DNA of 64,000 bases from a candidate division WOR-3 bacterium (GTDB taxonomy: Bacteria > Hydrothermota > 32-111): contig JBDRZU010000001.1 of the NCBI GenBank assembly GCA_039804105.1, positions 677,101 to 741,100 on the forward strand, in the 5' to 3' direction. The notes under the pieces were generated by a model that was not told the origin of the DNA, did not search any database, and was given only the letters and a program-made list of their open reading frames with translations. A program made the position numbers and the translations under genes. Below, piece by piece: positions 30,348 to 39,427 of this stretch; position 1 is the first letter of the stretch; each line of letters begins with the position of its first letter.

Positions 30348-31799
30348 TCACATAAAAAATCTGAAACCACAATTTATCGACAACCCTTTTGGAGAATATC
30401 CTCCACCACCACTCCAAAAATATTGTGTTTTCACATTTAAAAATTTTAATAAGCCAAATGAAAATCCAAAGCCAAAACATCTTGGTTTTGACATCGACTT
30501 GTTAACCATGTTTGAAAAATCAAAAAGAGATATCAGATCACAAGAAAATTCAAGTGAAAAAGATTGATATCCACTTAACATAACAATAGGTAAATATTTT
30601 CCAAAAGTTTCTCCCTCTTTTGCAGGTGAAAAGTAGTAACCAATATATACCCCCCCACCTTCTTCAAGGACACCCAGTCCACCACCAAAATAGTTTCTCC
30701 CAACTGATCTCATATAATCGAGATTTACAAAAAAACCTTCATCTTTTATTCGAAAACCACTACTTGAACTATAATCTTGATACGAGTATGAAGAAGAAGA
30801 ACCAGAAAGTTCTTCATACTTTTCTTTTAATTTTTTTGTCAAATCGTTATATTCGCCATAAAAATCCTTAGCATTTATATATGCTTGATAATAACTTTCT
30901 CTTGCCTGTTTTTTATCATATTTCTGTTCATAAGTGAGTCCAAGCCAATCGTAAAGATTGATCACATTTTTTTTGGAATCTATTGATTTATAGTTATCCA
31001 GTGATTTTTTAAAATAAACTAATGCTGAGTCGTAGTTATATTGACCATAAAAGACCCTTGCAATAAGATAATAATTAAACGCATTAAATGAATATTCCTG
31101 TGGGAATTTTTCACCAATCTGCATTGCTGAAAAAAGATTTTTCTTCGCTTTTTCATAAGATTTATTGTAAAAATATGATTCTCCAAGTCGGGAATAGTCA
31201 TAAGCAAGAAAATCAAATTCTTTTCTTGGATCCTTTTTGTATGTTTTGGATAACATTTTTTTATCAAACTCCAAACTATTTTCAAAATAAACGATTGCAC
31301 TATCATAGTTGTTCACATTGTACAAATAGATCTGTCCTATATAAAACAAAACGAATGATATCCTCTCATTCTGATCATCAAATTGATAAAAGTATTTTTT
31401 CGATTTTTTATAATAATCAAGTGCCTGATAATAATTTTTATCACTCTCTTCTAAATTCCCAAGATAATAGTAATAATGACTGATAAGAAAACTTGAACCA
31501 TCTTCATACTGTTTTGCCTGTTTCAAATATTTCTTTGCTTTTTCATAGTTCTCTTTCTCAAAGTATGATGCACCAACATAAAAAAGAGCACCAAATTTAA
31601 AATTTTCTGAATAAATACTAAATAAATATTCATCACTGATAGTGGGTTCGAGAACTTCGATAATATCATCATACGACTTTAAATAAAAAAATGTTAAAGA
31701 ATCAAGTACTAAAATTGATTTTTCTGTTTCTGTTAGATCTGATAAAGAAAAAATATTAATAGATACCAAAATCAAAACTATAAAAATCAAATTTTTCAT
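30348..31799 (-). CDS. secreted TPR-repeat protein with Gly/Ser/Tyr-rich C-terminal region
   Basis: Signal peptide, many TPR-like YY..A..Y repeats, an SSSSYSYQDYSSSSG linker, and a Gly-rich C-terminal domain ending in F (possible beta-barrel). Confidence 0.45.
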   Translation of the reverse strand: MKNLIFIVLILVSINIFSLSDLTETEKSILVLDSLTFFYLKSYDDIIEVLEPTISDEYLFSIYSENFKFGALFYVGASYFEKENYEKAKKYLKQAKQYEDGSSFLISHYYYYLGNLEESDKNYYQALDYYKKSKKYFYQFDDQNERISFVLFYIGQIYLYNVNNYDSAIVYFENSLEFDKKMLSKTYKKDPRKEFDFLAYDYSRLGESYFYNKSYEKAKKNLFSAMQIGEKFPQEYSFNAFNYYLIARVFYGQYNYDSALVYFKKSLDNYKSIDSKKNVINLYDWLGLTYEQKYDKKQARESYYQAYINAKDFYGEYNDLTKKLKEKYEELSGSSSSYSYQDYSSSSGFRIKDEGFFVNLDYMRSVGRNYFGGGLGVLEEGGGVYIGYYFSPAKEGETFGKYLPIVMLSGYQSFSLEFSCDLISLFDFSNMVNKSMSKPRCFGFGFSFGLLKFLNVKTQYFWSGGGGYSPKGLSINCGFRFFM

Positions 31800-31801
31800 A
31801 G

Positions 31802-32479
31802 CTACCTCTCAATTATAGTGTCAAGATTTAACACAACACTAACAGGAACATAGAACCCATAAACATCGTATATATATTCTGAGTCCTTAACCATTCCAAC
31901 ACCCTCTTTATACCATCTTATATATTCATAAACATATCCATAGTATATTTCTCTTTCAAAAAATTTAACCTTAACTTTCCAGCATCCATCATAACCATTT
32001 ACATCCTCTTTTCCTTCAACGGATGCAACAAGTGTATCATACGAAGAGAAAAAATAATAATTCCCTGAATGTCCTTCCCATTTTTTGCCTTCATAAAGAG
32101 GAAAATCTAAAAATTTTATTGGATAATCTGTAAACAAACTCGTTCCATAAGAAAAAAATCCAAAATCGTTGATCGAATAATAAATATTATCGTAATACCA
32201 GAGTAAATAACCATTCTGATCGTATGCATATTTATTTAAAACCCATAACTTATCCCCAGTATCAATTTCTATCTGGTTTTCATTATAAAAATATTCAAGT
32301 TTTGAAACATTGTAATAGGTGTTAGTTCCATTGTTGATAACAGAATAAATATAAATTTTTTTTGGATCAACAGGCATAACTTCCTTTCCAGCACTATCGG
32401 AGAAAGGATTATAAGGACCTGAACAAGATAGTAAAAATAAAGCAAGAATTATGGGGAAAAAGATAATTATTCTTTTCAT
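31802..32479 (-). CDS. lipoprotein of unknown function
   Basis: Lipobox LLSCSG; 225 aa; Tyr/Trp-rich beta-type composition. Confidence 0.45.
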   Translation of the reverse strand: MKRIIIFFPIILALFLLSCSGPYNPFSDSAGKEVMPVDPKKIYIYSVINNGTNTYYNVSKLEYFYNENQIEIDTGDKLWVLNKYAYDQNGYLLWYYDNIYYSINDFGFFSYGTSLFTDYPIKFLDFPLYEGKKWEGHSGNYYFFSSYDTLVASVEGKEDVNGYDGCWKVKVKFFEREIYYGYVYEYIRWYKEGVGMVKDSEYIYDVYGFYVPVSVVLNLDTIIER

Positions 32480-32566
32480 ACAATCTCCCTTTTTTTTGAT
32501 TCTATTAAAATATTTTCCACTGTCAATACAGTTTTCATTTTATTTTCGGGGACGGTGCTTGACTTT

Positions 32567-32596
32567 TTGACATTTTGCTGTAACTATTTTTAAATA
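32567..32596 (+). promoter_or_regulatory. putative promoter (TTGACA-17/18-TAAATA) for the ICMT-family gene
   Basis: TTGACA at 32567..32572 and an A/T-rich -10 at 32590..32596, in the only sizeable intergenic gap that precedes a plus-strand gene. Confidence 0.3.
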
Positions 32597-32684
32597 TACA
32601 TCTTGCAAAAAATTAAATGCTGGTTAAATTTACAAAAATGGATTCAACAAAGATAATTTCAACAATATATATTTCAACTTTTTT

Positions 32685-33224
32685 TTGGTACTCTTGGTTA
32701 ATATTATTTTTAAACTAAAAACGGAAAAAAATAATATTTTTAACTTTTCCTTAAAAAGTAAAGATGGTATTTATTCATTTATAATCTTTTCATTCACAAA
32801 CATCTGGATTTTTGAAATTTTCAGGAATTCATTTTTTCCTTTTGATAATATTTTGTTTAAAAATTTTTTAACTTACTCAGTTTTTAAAATTTTTTCTGCA
32901 ATCCTTTTTTTGTTTGGAATAATATTTTATATAAGATCTTTGGTCGATTTAAACAGTGAATGGGTAGTTGGAACAGATCCGAAAAAAGTAAAACAACTTG
33001 TAACAACAGGTATCTATTCTTATACAAGAAATCCAATCTATATATTTTTCATAATATTTTATTTTTCCATCTTTTTACTTTTTGGATCAATTGAAATGTT
33101 TTTATTTTTTATAGCTGCAACATTTATATTTTACAGAATCGTTTTAATCGAAGAAAAAGAACTTGAAAAAAGATTTAAGGGTAAATATATAGATTACAAG
33201 AAAAAGGTAAAAAGATTCATTTGA
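32685..33224 (+). CDS. isoprenylcysteine carboxyl / phospholipid methyltransferase family membrane protein
   Basis: Polytopic, with TTGIYSYTRNPIYIFF and EEKELEKRFKGKYIDYKKKV typical of the ICMT/PEMT family. The tracked start is TTG; see the finding on a possible ATG 32638 start across a T8 run. Confidence 0.7.
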   Translation: MVLLVNIIFKLKTEKNNIFNFSLKSKDGIYSFIIFSFTNIWIFEIFRNSFFPFDNILFKNFLTYSVFKIFSAILFLFGIIFYIRSLVDLNSEWVVGTDPKKVKQLVTTGIYSYTRNPIYIFFIIFYFSIFLLFGSIEMFLFFIAATFIFYRIVLIEEKELEKRFKGKYIDYKKKVKRFI

Positions 33225-33231
33225 ATTCTTC

Positions 33232-33305
33232 TGGCTGGGGAGCAGGGATTCGAACCCCGATAGCATGATCCAGAGTCATGAGTCCTGCCGTTGGACGACT
33301 CCCCA
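33232..33305 (-). tRNA. tRNA-Gln (anticodon CUG), CCA encoded
   Basis: Hand-folded cloverleaf: acceptor UGGGGAG/CUCCCCA (U1-A72), G73, anticodon stem CAUGA/UCAUG with loop CUCUGGA, and T-arm CGGGG-UUCGAAU-CCCUG. Confidence 0.85.
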
Positions 33306-33329
33306 ATTTTATGATAAGGTATAAAAGAG

Positions 33330-33401
33330 TAGCGGTACGGGGAATCGAACCCCGGTTTTATGGCTGAGAACCACACGTCCTAGCCGCTAGACGATACCGC
33401 C
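33330..33401 (-). tRNA. tRNA-Glu (anticodon CUC), no encoded CCA
   Basis: Hand-folded: acceptor GGCGGUA/UACCGCU (G1-U72), D-arm UCGUCUAGCGGCUAGGAC typical of tRNA-Glu, anticodon loop UUCUCAG, 4-nt variable loop, and T-arm CGGGG-UUCGAUU-CCCCG. The 5' end lies 3 nt after the gltX stop. Confidence 0.8.
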
Positions 33402-33404
33402 ATT

Positions 33405-34832
33405 TCAGGATTTTAATATATCAGATTCAAGAACTTTTGTCAAGCGTTTGAGAACCTCATCTTTTCCGAAAATTTCCATCATCAAGAACAACGATGGGCC
33501 TTCAGTTCTCCCTGAAAGTGCAACTCTTGTTGGATGAATTATATCACCACCTTTTATTCCCGTTTTTTCAACATAATTTTTAAAAACTCTTTCAATCTCA
33601 TGTTCTGTGAAACTTTCAAGAATTTTTAATTCATCGATTAAAACTCTTAAATGTTTCAACTTTTCTTCAACAAAATGTTTCTCAACTCCTTTTTTATCAT
33701 ACTCTTTTATATCTTTGAAAAAAAACTCTGTTAAATATGGAAAATCTTTCAAATATCGTGCCTTTTCCTTTACACTATAAACTATCTTTAAAATCTTTTC
33801 CTTATCAAACTTTTCAAGATCTATTCCATAATCTTTATAAAAAGGTTTTACAAGTTCATATAGTTTTTCATCTGAACTATTTGTGATATACTTTGAGTTC
33901 ATCCATTCAAGTTTTTTATAGTCAAATACTCCACCTTTTTTTGCAACTCTATCAAAAGAAAATAGTTCAATCATCTCATCAATCGTTAATATCTCCCTGT
34001 TATCACCAGGGCTCCAACCGATCAAAGCAATAAAGTTTACAAATGCTTCAGGAAGAACACCCATATCCCTGAAAGCGAGAACTGAAACGGTTCCAGACCT
34101 CTTAGAAAGTTTTGCTTTGTTTTCATCGAGTATCAAGGGTAGATGTGCAAATTCTGGAGGTTTCACACCGAGTAATCTATATATATGTATCTGTTTAAAA
34201 GTGTTTGATATATGGTCATCACCTCTTATCACATGAGTAATCCCCATCCTGTAATCATCAATCACAACTGCAAAATTGTAAACTGGTGTATTATCACTTC
34301 TGACTATAATAAAATCCTCTATTTCGCTGTTATCCTTTTCTATCCTGCCATGGATCAGATCATCAAAATATGTCTTACCTTCAGGGATAAAAACTCTCCA
34401 GACATAAGGTTTTTTTTCTCTAAGATTTTTTTCTATCTCTTCCTTTGAAAGGTTAAGACATTTTCTATCATATTTCCACGCTTTCTTCTGCGCAATAACC
34501 TGATTTTTTCTTTCTTCCAACTCTTCAGGGGTGCAAAAACATCTATATATCCCTCCACTCTTTTCAAGTTGTGGAATATGATCTATATAATGTGAAAAAT
34601 AGTCTGACTGAAAAAATGGACCCTCATCATAATTAAGTCCAAGCCATTTCAGTCCTTCTATGATTATCTCTGTCATCTCTTTCGATGACCTTTCAACATC
34701 AGTATCCTCAATTCTTAATATAAACTTACCTTTATTTTTCCTTGCGAAAAGATAATTATAAAGTGCTGTTCTTGCTGTTCCAACATGGAGATAACCTGTT
34801 GGACTTGGTGCTATTCTAACTCTTACTGTCAT
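33405..34832 (-). CDS. gltX: glutamate--tRNA ligase
   Basis: RIAPSPTGYLHVGTARTALYN (HIGH) and KLSKRS (KMSKS). Start moved to Met6 (MTVRVR). Confidence 0.95.
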   Translation of the reverse strand: MTVRVRIAPSPTGYLHVGTARTALYNYLFARKNKGKFILRIEDTDVERSSKEMTEIIIEGLKWLGLNYDEGPFFQSDYFSHYIDHIPQLEKSGGIYRCFCTPEELEERKNQVIAQKKAWKYDRKCLNLSKEEIEKNLREKKPYVWRVFIPEGKTYFDDLIHGRIEKDNSEIEDFIIVRSDNTPVYNFAVVIDDYRMGITHVIRGDDHISNTFKQIHIYRLLGVKPPEFAHLPLILDENKAKLSKRSGTVSVLAFRDMGVLPEAFVNFIALIGWSPGDNREILTIDEMIELFSFDRVAKKGGVFDYKKLEWMNSKYITNSSDEKLYELVKPFYKDYGIDLEKFDKEKILKIVYSVKEKARYLKDFPYLTEFFFKDIKEYDKKGVEKHFVEEKLKHLRVLIDELKILESFTEHEIERVFKNYVEKTGIKGGDIIHPTRVALSGRTEGPSLFLMMEIFGKDEVLKRLTKVLESDILKS

Positions 34833-36315
34833 TTTGCCTCCGTGCAATCTTTATATATACAAAAAGAATGAAAAGATAGATTAAAATTTTTCCAGCAATA
34901 TTATCAGAATAAACAAAAAATGTCAACCTATCGTTTAATCTAACAGTTTCCGTCTTGACCTCTTTTTTTCCAATAGCACTTTTCCAGATTATGTTTCCAT
35001 ACCAATCTATTACACCAGAAATTCCAGGATTTGAAACTCTTACAAGGTATCTTCTGTTTTCGACCGATCTTAAAATACCAGAATAAAAATGTTGTTTTAA
35101 ACCATCACCTTTAATAAACCAGATATCCTCAGAAACATTTATCAGAAACTGTGCACCATTTTTTGAAAAACCTGAAACGAATTTTGGAAAGATCGATTCA
35201 AAACAAATATATCCAGAAAACTTTTTTCCATCATAAGCAAAAACTTTTTGAGTTTCTCCTGGAGAATATTCACCCTGTCCATAATCAAGTTTTTTTATCA
35301 AAGAAACTTTATCATCATAAGGTAAATGTTCGACAAAGGGAACAAGTCGTATTTTATCATAGTATTCTATTGAAGAATCAGGTTTAAAAAGGAAAATTGA
35401 ATTATAGTACTTGTCATCCTCTTGAGATTCCCTTATCGCTCCAATAAAAATAAATCTTTTGTTTGCAGATGAAAAATCTTTTAAGTATCTTCTAAAAGGT
35501 GATTCGTATGAAAAGAATATCGGTGAAGATGTTTCGGGAAAAACCAATATTTCACCATCATCCTGTAACGATAATTCAAGGAGTTCTTTTATCATATTGA
35601 CTCTGTAATCGACAAAATCTCTGTATGACTCTTTCATATAACCTTCAAGGTTTGGCTGTATCAGAGTTATTCTTGGTTTCTTATCTTTTGTTGAAAAATC
35701 TTTCTTCAAAGAATATATTCCATAATAAAAGATGAAAAGGAAAAAAATTATAAAGATCAAAAGATAGAGTTTTACATTTTTTCTATCAGCAAAACTTTTA
35801 TACATCAAAACTGCGTAAAGAATTACAAAAAATGTTATAAGGTATGAACCACCGATATCTGCTGTTTGGATAAAAAGAGGATATTTTACAAGAGAAACTG
35901 AGGGAAACAACCATATAAAAGAAAAATCTCTTGTTGAACTCATCAAAATCTCTATTACAGAATAAGCAATCGGAATCACAAAGATTTCAAAATTTTCTAT
36001 AGAAAAAACAAAGAATGGTATCGAGAAAAGAAAAGCATAAAGTGCTGAAAGAAAAAACCAACCAAAAAATAAAAGAACTTTCTGAAGACCTGTAAGATCA
36101 ACATTCAGATTCAAAATCCATAAAAGTGTTAATAACCAGTAAATAAAAAAAATCAAAAATATTATTTTTTTTCTGTTCTTTTTAAAAAGTGAAATTGTAA
36201 AAATAATCAAAGCAAAAAATGGAATATAGAGAAAACCAAAATCTATAAATTTGAGAGAAAGATATAGAAAAAATGGTGATAAAACAATAAGAAAAAATTT
36301 AACAAAAATAAACAT
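34816..36315 (-). CDS. lnt: apolipoprotein N-acyltransferase
   Basis: Multiple N-terminal TM helices and a C-terminal CN-hydrolase domain with VFPETS and GYICFESIFP (catalytic Cys). Confidence 0.85.
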   Translation of the reverse strand: MFIFVKFFLIVLSPFFLYLSLKFIDFGFLYIPFFALIIFTISLFKKNRKKIIFLIFFIYWLLTLLWILNLNVDLTGLQKVLLFFGWFFLSALYAFLFSIPFFVFSIENFEIFVIPIAYSVIEILMSSTRDFSFIWLFPSVSLVKYPLFIQTADIGGSYLITFFVILYAVLMYKSFADRKNVKLYLLIFIIFFLFIFYYGIYSLKKDFSTKDKKPRITLIQPNLEGYMKESYRDFVDYRVNMIKELLELSLQDDGEILVFPETSSPIFFSYESPFRRYLKDFSSANKRFIFIGAIRESQEDDKYYNSIFLFKPDSSIEYYDKIRLVPFVEHLPYDDKVSLIKKLDYGQGEYSPGETQKVFAYDGKKFSGYICFESIFPKFVSGFSKNGAQFLINVSEDIWFIKGDGLKQHFYSGILRSVENRRYLVRVSNPGISGVIDWYGNIIWKSAIGKKEVKTETVRLNDRLTFFVYSDNIAGKILIYLFILFVYIKIARRQNDSKS

Positions 36316-36910
36316 TTCTATTTTCTACTTTCCATTTTGAAAATAACAATTTTTTCATAACCTCAAAATAGAGTTGATGTTCTTTTTCAAGAATTTTTTT
36401 CGAAACATCTTCAACACTTTTTGCATCAGAAATATCAACACACATCTGTGCTATTATCGGTCCCGTATCAACACCTCTATCAACAAAGTGAACAGTACAT
36501 CCTGAAATTTTTACACCGTATTCAAATGCCTGCTTCTGTGCATCCTTCCCTTTGAATGAAGGTAGAAGAGAAGGATGTATGTTTACAATTTTCAAATAAT
36601 ATTTTTCAACTATTTTTATAGGGATTATTCTCATAAAGCCCGCAAGGAGAATAAGATCTGGAGAAAAATCTTCAAGTATCTCTAAAAGTTCAACTTCTCC
36701 CTCATCTTCAATTTTCCATCCTTTTTTAAGATTTTTTAAAACTTTCGTTTTAACATCAAACTTTTCTGCCTTTTTCAAACCTTCTGCATCAGGATTATCT
36801 GATATTACAAGAAAATCTATCTGAAGTTTTTCTTCAAAAGATTTTACAAGAAGGGACTCCATATTGGAGCCCCTTCCAGATATAAGTATTGCAACTCTTT
36901 TATTCATCAC
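36299..36910 (-). CDS. purN: phosphoribosylglycinamide formyltransferase
   Basis: RVAILISGRGSN, NIHPSLLPSFKG and VDTGPII motifs. Confidence 0.9.
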   Translation of the reverse strand: MMNKRVAILISGRGSNMESLLVKSFEEKLQIDFLVISDNPDAEGLKKAEKFDVKTKVLKNLKKGWKIEDEGEVELLEILEDFSPDLILLAGFMRIIPIKIVEKYYLKIVNIHPSLLPSFKGKDAQKQAFEYGVKISGCTVHFVDRGVDTGPIIAQMCVDISDAKSVEDVSKKILEKEHQLYFEVMKKLLFSKWKVENRNVYFC

Positions 36911-39426
36911 TCACCCTGCAGGACTTTAAATTCCACTCTTCTATTTTTCTGATAATCCTCTTCGTTCTTTTCAGGGAATACGATGGGTTTATCCTCTCCA
37001 AAACCTATCGCTATTATCCTCTTTGGATCAATCTTGTGAACACTGATAAGATAATTCCTTACAGATTCTGCTCTTGCCTGTGAAAGTTTTTTGTTGTATG
37101 AGTTCGAACCTCTTGAATCTGTATGTCCACTTATCTCAACCTTTATAGATGGATTCTCTTTCATTATCAAAGCGAGTGAATCACAAACAGGATACGATTC
37201 AGGTCTTAAAGTTGCTTTGTTAAGATCAAAGAGAATATTGTTGAATACAAACACCATCTTCTCTTTCAAAAGCCCAACCTCAAGTGTTGAAAGAACTCCT
37301 CCCTTGATTTCAACATTGAATTTATCCTGCTTGATATATTTTGGTGGTATCGGATCTATTTTAATATTATAGAACCCTTTCTTAATAGCCTTCGAAGTAT
37401 CCATCCCTATATCACCTGTTATGAATGAATCAACAACGGTTTTCATATCGAGTGTGTAGATTTTTATGGTTGAGTTAACAGGTTCAAGTGTTGTCGCATT
37501 GAAAGTTTTTACAACAAGTTTTCCATGAGTTGGGAACATTTCAACGATCTGTTTATAGTCCTTTCCTCTTTCAACATCTATTGTAAACACAACATCATCT
37601 CTACCACTTGATTTCACGGTAACAGCATGTGTCCCCTCATCAAGTCGTTTTGTTACGATTCCAAGTGTATCAGTGTAAAGTGTATCGTTATCAGTAAAGA
37701 TAACCTGAGCGTTCTCTATCGGTTTTTTCGTGATTCCGCTGATAACCTCAACTACAAGTGTTCCCATCGATGGATTCATCTTATATATCCTGTTAACCTT
37801 TCCATTCGCTTTCAAAAAGAATGAATCGATGATCGTATCATACTTATCCGCTGTAACTAAAACTTTAAGATTTGTTTTTGGGAAATATTTTCTAAATTTA
37901 CCAAGAGAGTCAGAATAGAACGAATCTTTTTTATTCATCGGATTATCCTGTATAACCTCAATCTTTGCAATAAGAGGTTTTTCTGTTATAGAATCTATGA
38001 TCGTTCCAGAAAAAACTGAGATTATGTTGGAATGTGCTGCTGCGTTCATGTTAAGATGTGCACCTTTTGTATAGTAAATCAAGCCATGATCCTGTGAAAT
38101 TGAAAGATCTGATGTAAAATTACCGAAGTTAAAACCAAGTCCAGCATTGAATCTAAATGTCTCCCTTCCACCCAAAGTTACCATACTTTCGAGTAAAAGG
38201 AAATGGAATGCTGTATACTGCATACCTAAACTTAATTTTGGTCTTTTTGTTGAAAATGATGTCTCTTTAAAACCCTGGGTGTATCTTGCAAAAATGTTGA
38301 ACGGCTGGTATCTTGCCGAATACGATACACCAACATTTATCTGTGGTTCAAGAAAAGTTGTTAGATCACTTCCGTTATAAACAAGAGAATCACCAAGAAG
38401 TGAACTGATTATAGAATCAGATTTTTGATCATCTGGAATCGTTGAGTCAGAATTTATCGTCGTTATAACTCTATGAAGATTAATAACATTTAAAGAATCT
38501 GTTGCCATAAAGAAAGTGTATCTTCTCGCTCCATATTTCCAGAATATTCTTGATATAAGATGTTCCCAGGAAAATTCAACCATCCATTTATCATCGATAT
38601 TCCATGAAACTCCACCTGTTAAATCGAACCCATGTCCAGGAAGATTTGAAAAACCTGGGCTTATATTACCAATAAAATTTGAAATATTATCAAATCCCGT
38701 AATCTGGTCTGTTGAAAAAGGAATCGCATAATCGAGGTTCATCCTTGTGACAACTCTTAAAAAACTTGAGTCTGACTCAAAATAAAATGAATCAGCGTAA
38801 AGATTAAAATAGGAAACTCCAGCAAGATAAGATAAAGAAAGACCGAAATTCAATCTTCCATTATTTTCAAGATCAACTCCCCCACCAAGACCGAATCCAA
38901 ACTGACCCAAAACCTGAGTTTCAAATTTCAAATCTTTGAAATCATAAGTTGAATCAAACTGGTTTCCATAAAGCATTATATCAAAAAAAGCATCAGGTAT
39001 CTGTAAAGAAGAACCTTGTTTAACATCAAATCCAAAACCAAAAAGTCCTATTTTAAAACCAAATAATGGGAGTCCCATCCTGAGATATTGATCAAGCAAA
39101 AAGTAAGGACCTATATAATGTAGAATCGCTTGTTTTTTCTCTTCATTTATAGTATCTATTGGAAAAGAATCAATCGGCGCTGTTGCTGAATTGTTGAAAA
39201 GGTATGCAAGGAAGGAATATGATATGAGATTGTTCGTCAGACCTGTGTTCAACCTTAAAAGTTCCCATGAATACCAGGGAGTATCTGTTCTTCCTAAAAA
39301 TGAAGGGTTATAGAAAAGCGAAGTATATCCTGTATTCAAAGGTGAATTCATATACCTGTAGTCATAATCAGCAAAAATGTATGTTATCGATAAAAGTATG
39401 ATGAACATTAAAAATATCTTTTTCAT
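36907..39426 (-). CDS. large outer-membrane protein: N-terminal beta-barrel-like region, CarboxypepD_reg-like repeats, C-terminal OmpA domain
   Basis: Signal peptide (start moved to MKKIFLMF, ATG 39426). Gly/aromatic-rich alternating N-half. C-terminus FDLNKATLRPES...ISGHTDSRGSNSYNKKLSQARAESV is an OmpA peptidoglycan-binding motif. Confidence 0.75.
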   Translation of the reverse strand: MKKIFLMFIILLSITYIFADYDYRYMNSPLNTGYTSLFYNPSFLGRTDTPWYSWELLRLNTGLTNNLISYSFLAYLFNNSATAPIDSFPIDTINEEKKQAILHYIGPYFLLDQYLRMGLPLFGFKIGLFGFGFDVKQGSSLQIPDAFFDIMLYGNQFDSTYDFKDLKFETQVLGQFGFGLGGGVDLENNGRLNFGLSLSYLAGVSYFNLYADSFYFESDSSFLRVVTRMNLDYAIPFSTDQITGFDNISNFIGNISPGFSNLPGHGFDLTGGVSWNIDDKWMVEFSWEHLISRIFWKYGARRYTFFMATDSLNVINLHRVITTINSDSTIPDDQKSDSIISSLLGDSLVYNGSDLTTFLEPQINVGVSYSARYQPFNIFARYTQGFKETSFSTKRPKLSLGMQYTAFHFLLLESMVTLGGRETFRFNAGLGFNFGNFTSDLSISQDHGLIYYTKGAHLNMNAAAHSNIISVFSGTIIDSITEKPLIAKIEVIQDNPMNKKDSFYSDSLGKFRKYFPKTNLKVLVTADKYDTIIDSFFLKANGKVNRIYKMNPSMGTLVVEVISGITKKPIENAQVIFTDNDTLYTDTLGIVTKRLDEGTHAVTVKSSGRDDVVFTIDVERGKDYKQIVEMFPTHGKLVVKTFNATTLEPVNSTIKIYTLDMKTVVDSFITGDIGMDTSKAIKKGFYNIKIDPIPPKYIKQDKFNVEIKGGVLSTLEVGLLKEKMVFVFNNILFDLNKATLRPESYPVCDSLALIMKENPSIKVEISGHTDSRGSNSYNKKLSQARAESVRNYLISVHKIDPKRIIAIGFGEDKPIVFPEKNEEDYQKNRRVEFKVLQGE

Positions 39427-39427
39427 T

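Noticed and set aside
33194-33376. 60-aa minus-strand ORF in the gap after gltX
   Set aside because: It is the in-frame read-through of two tRNA genes (Gln-CUG and Glu-CUC). The cloverleaf structures explain the sequence fully.
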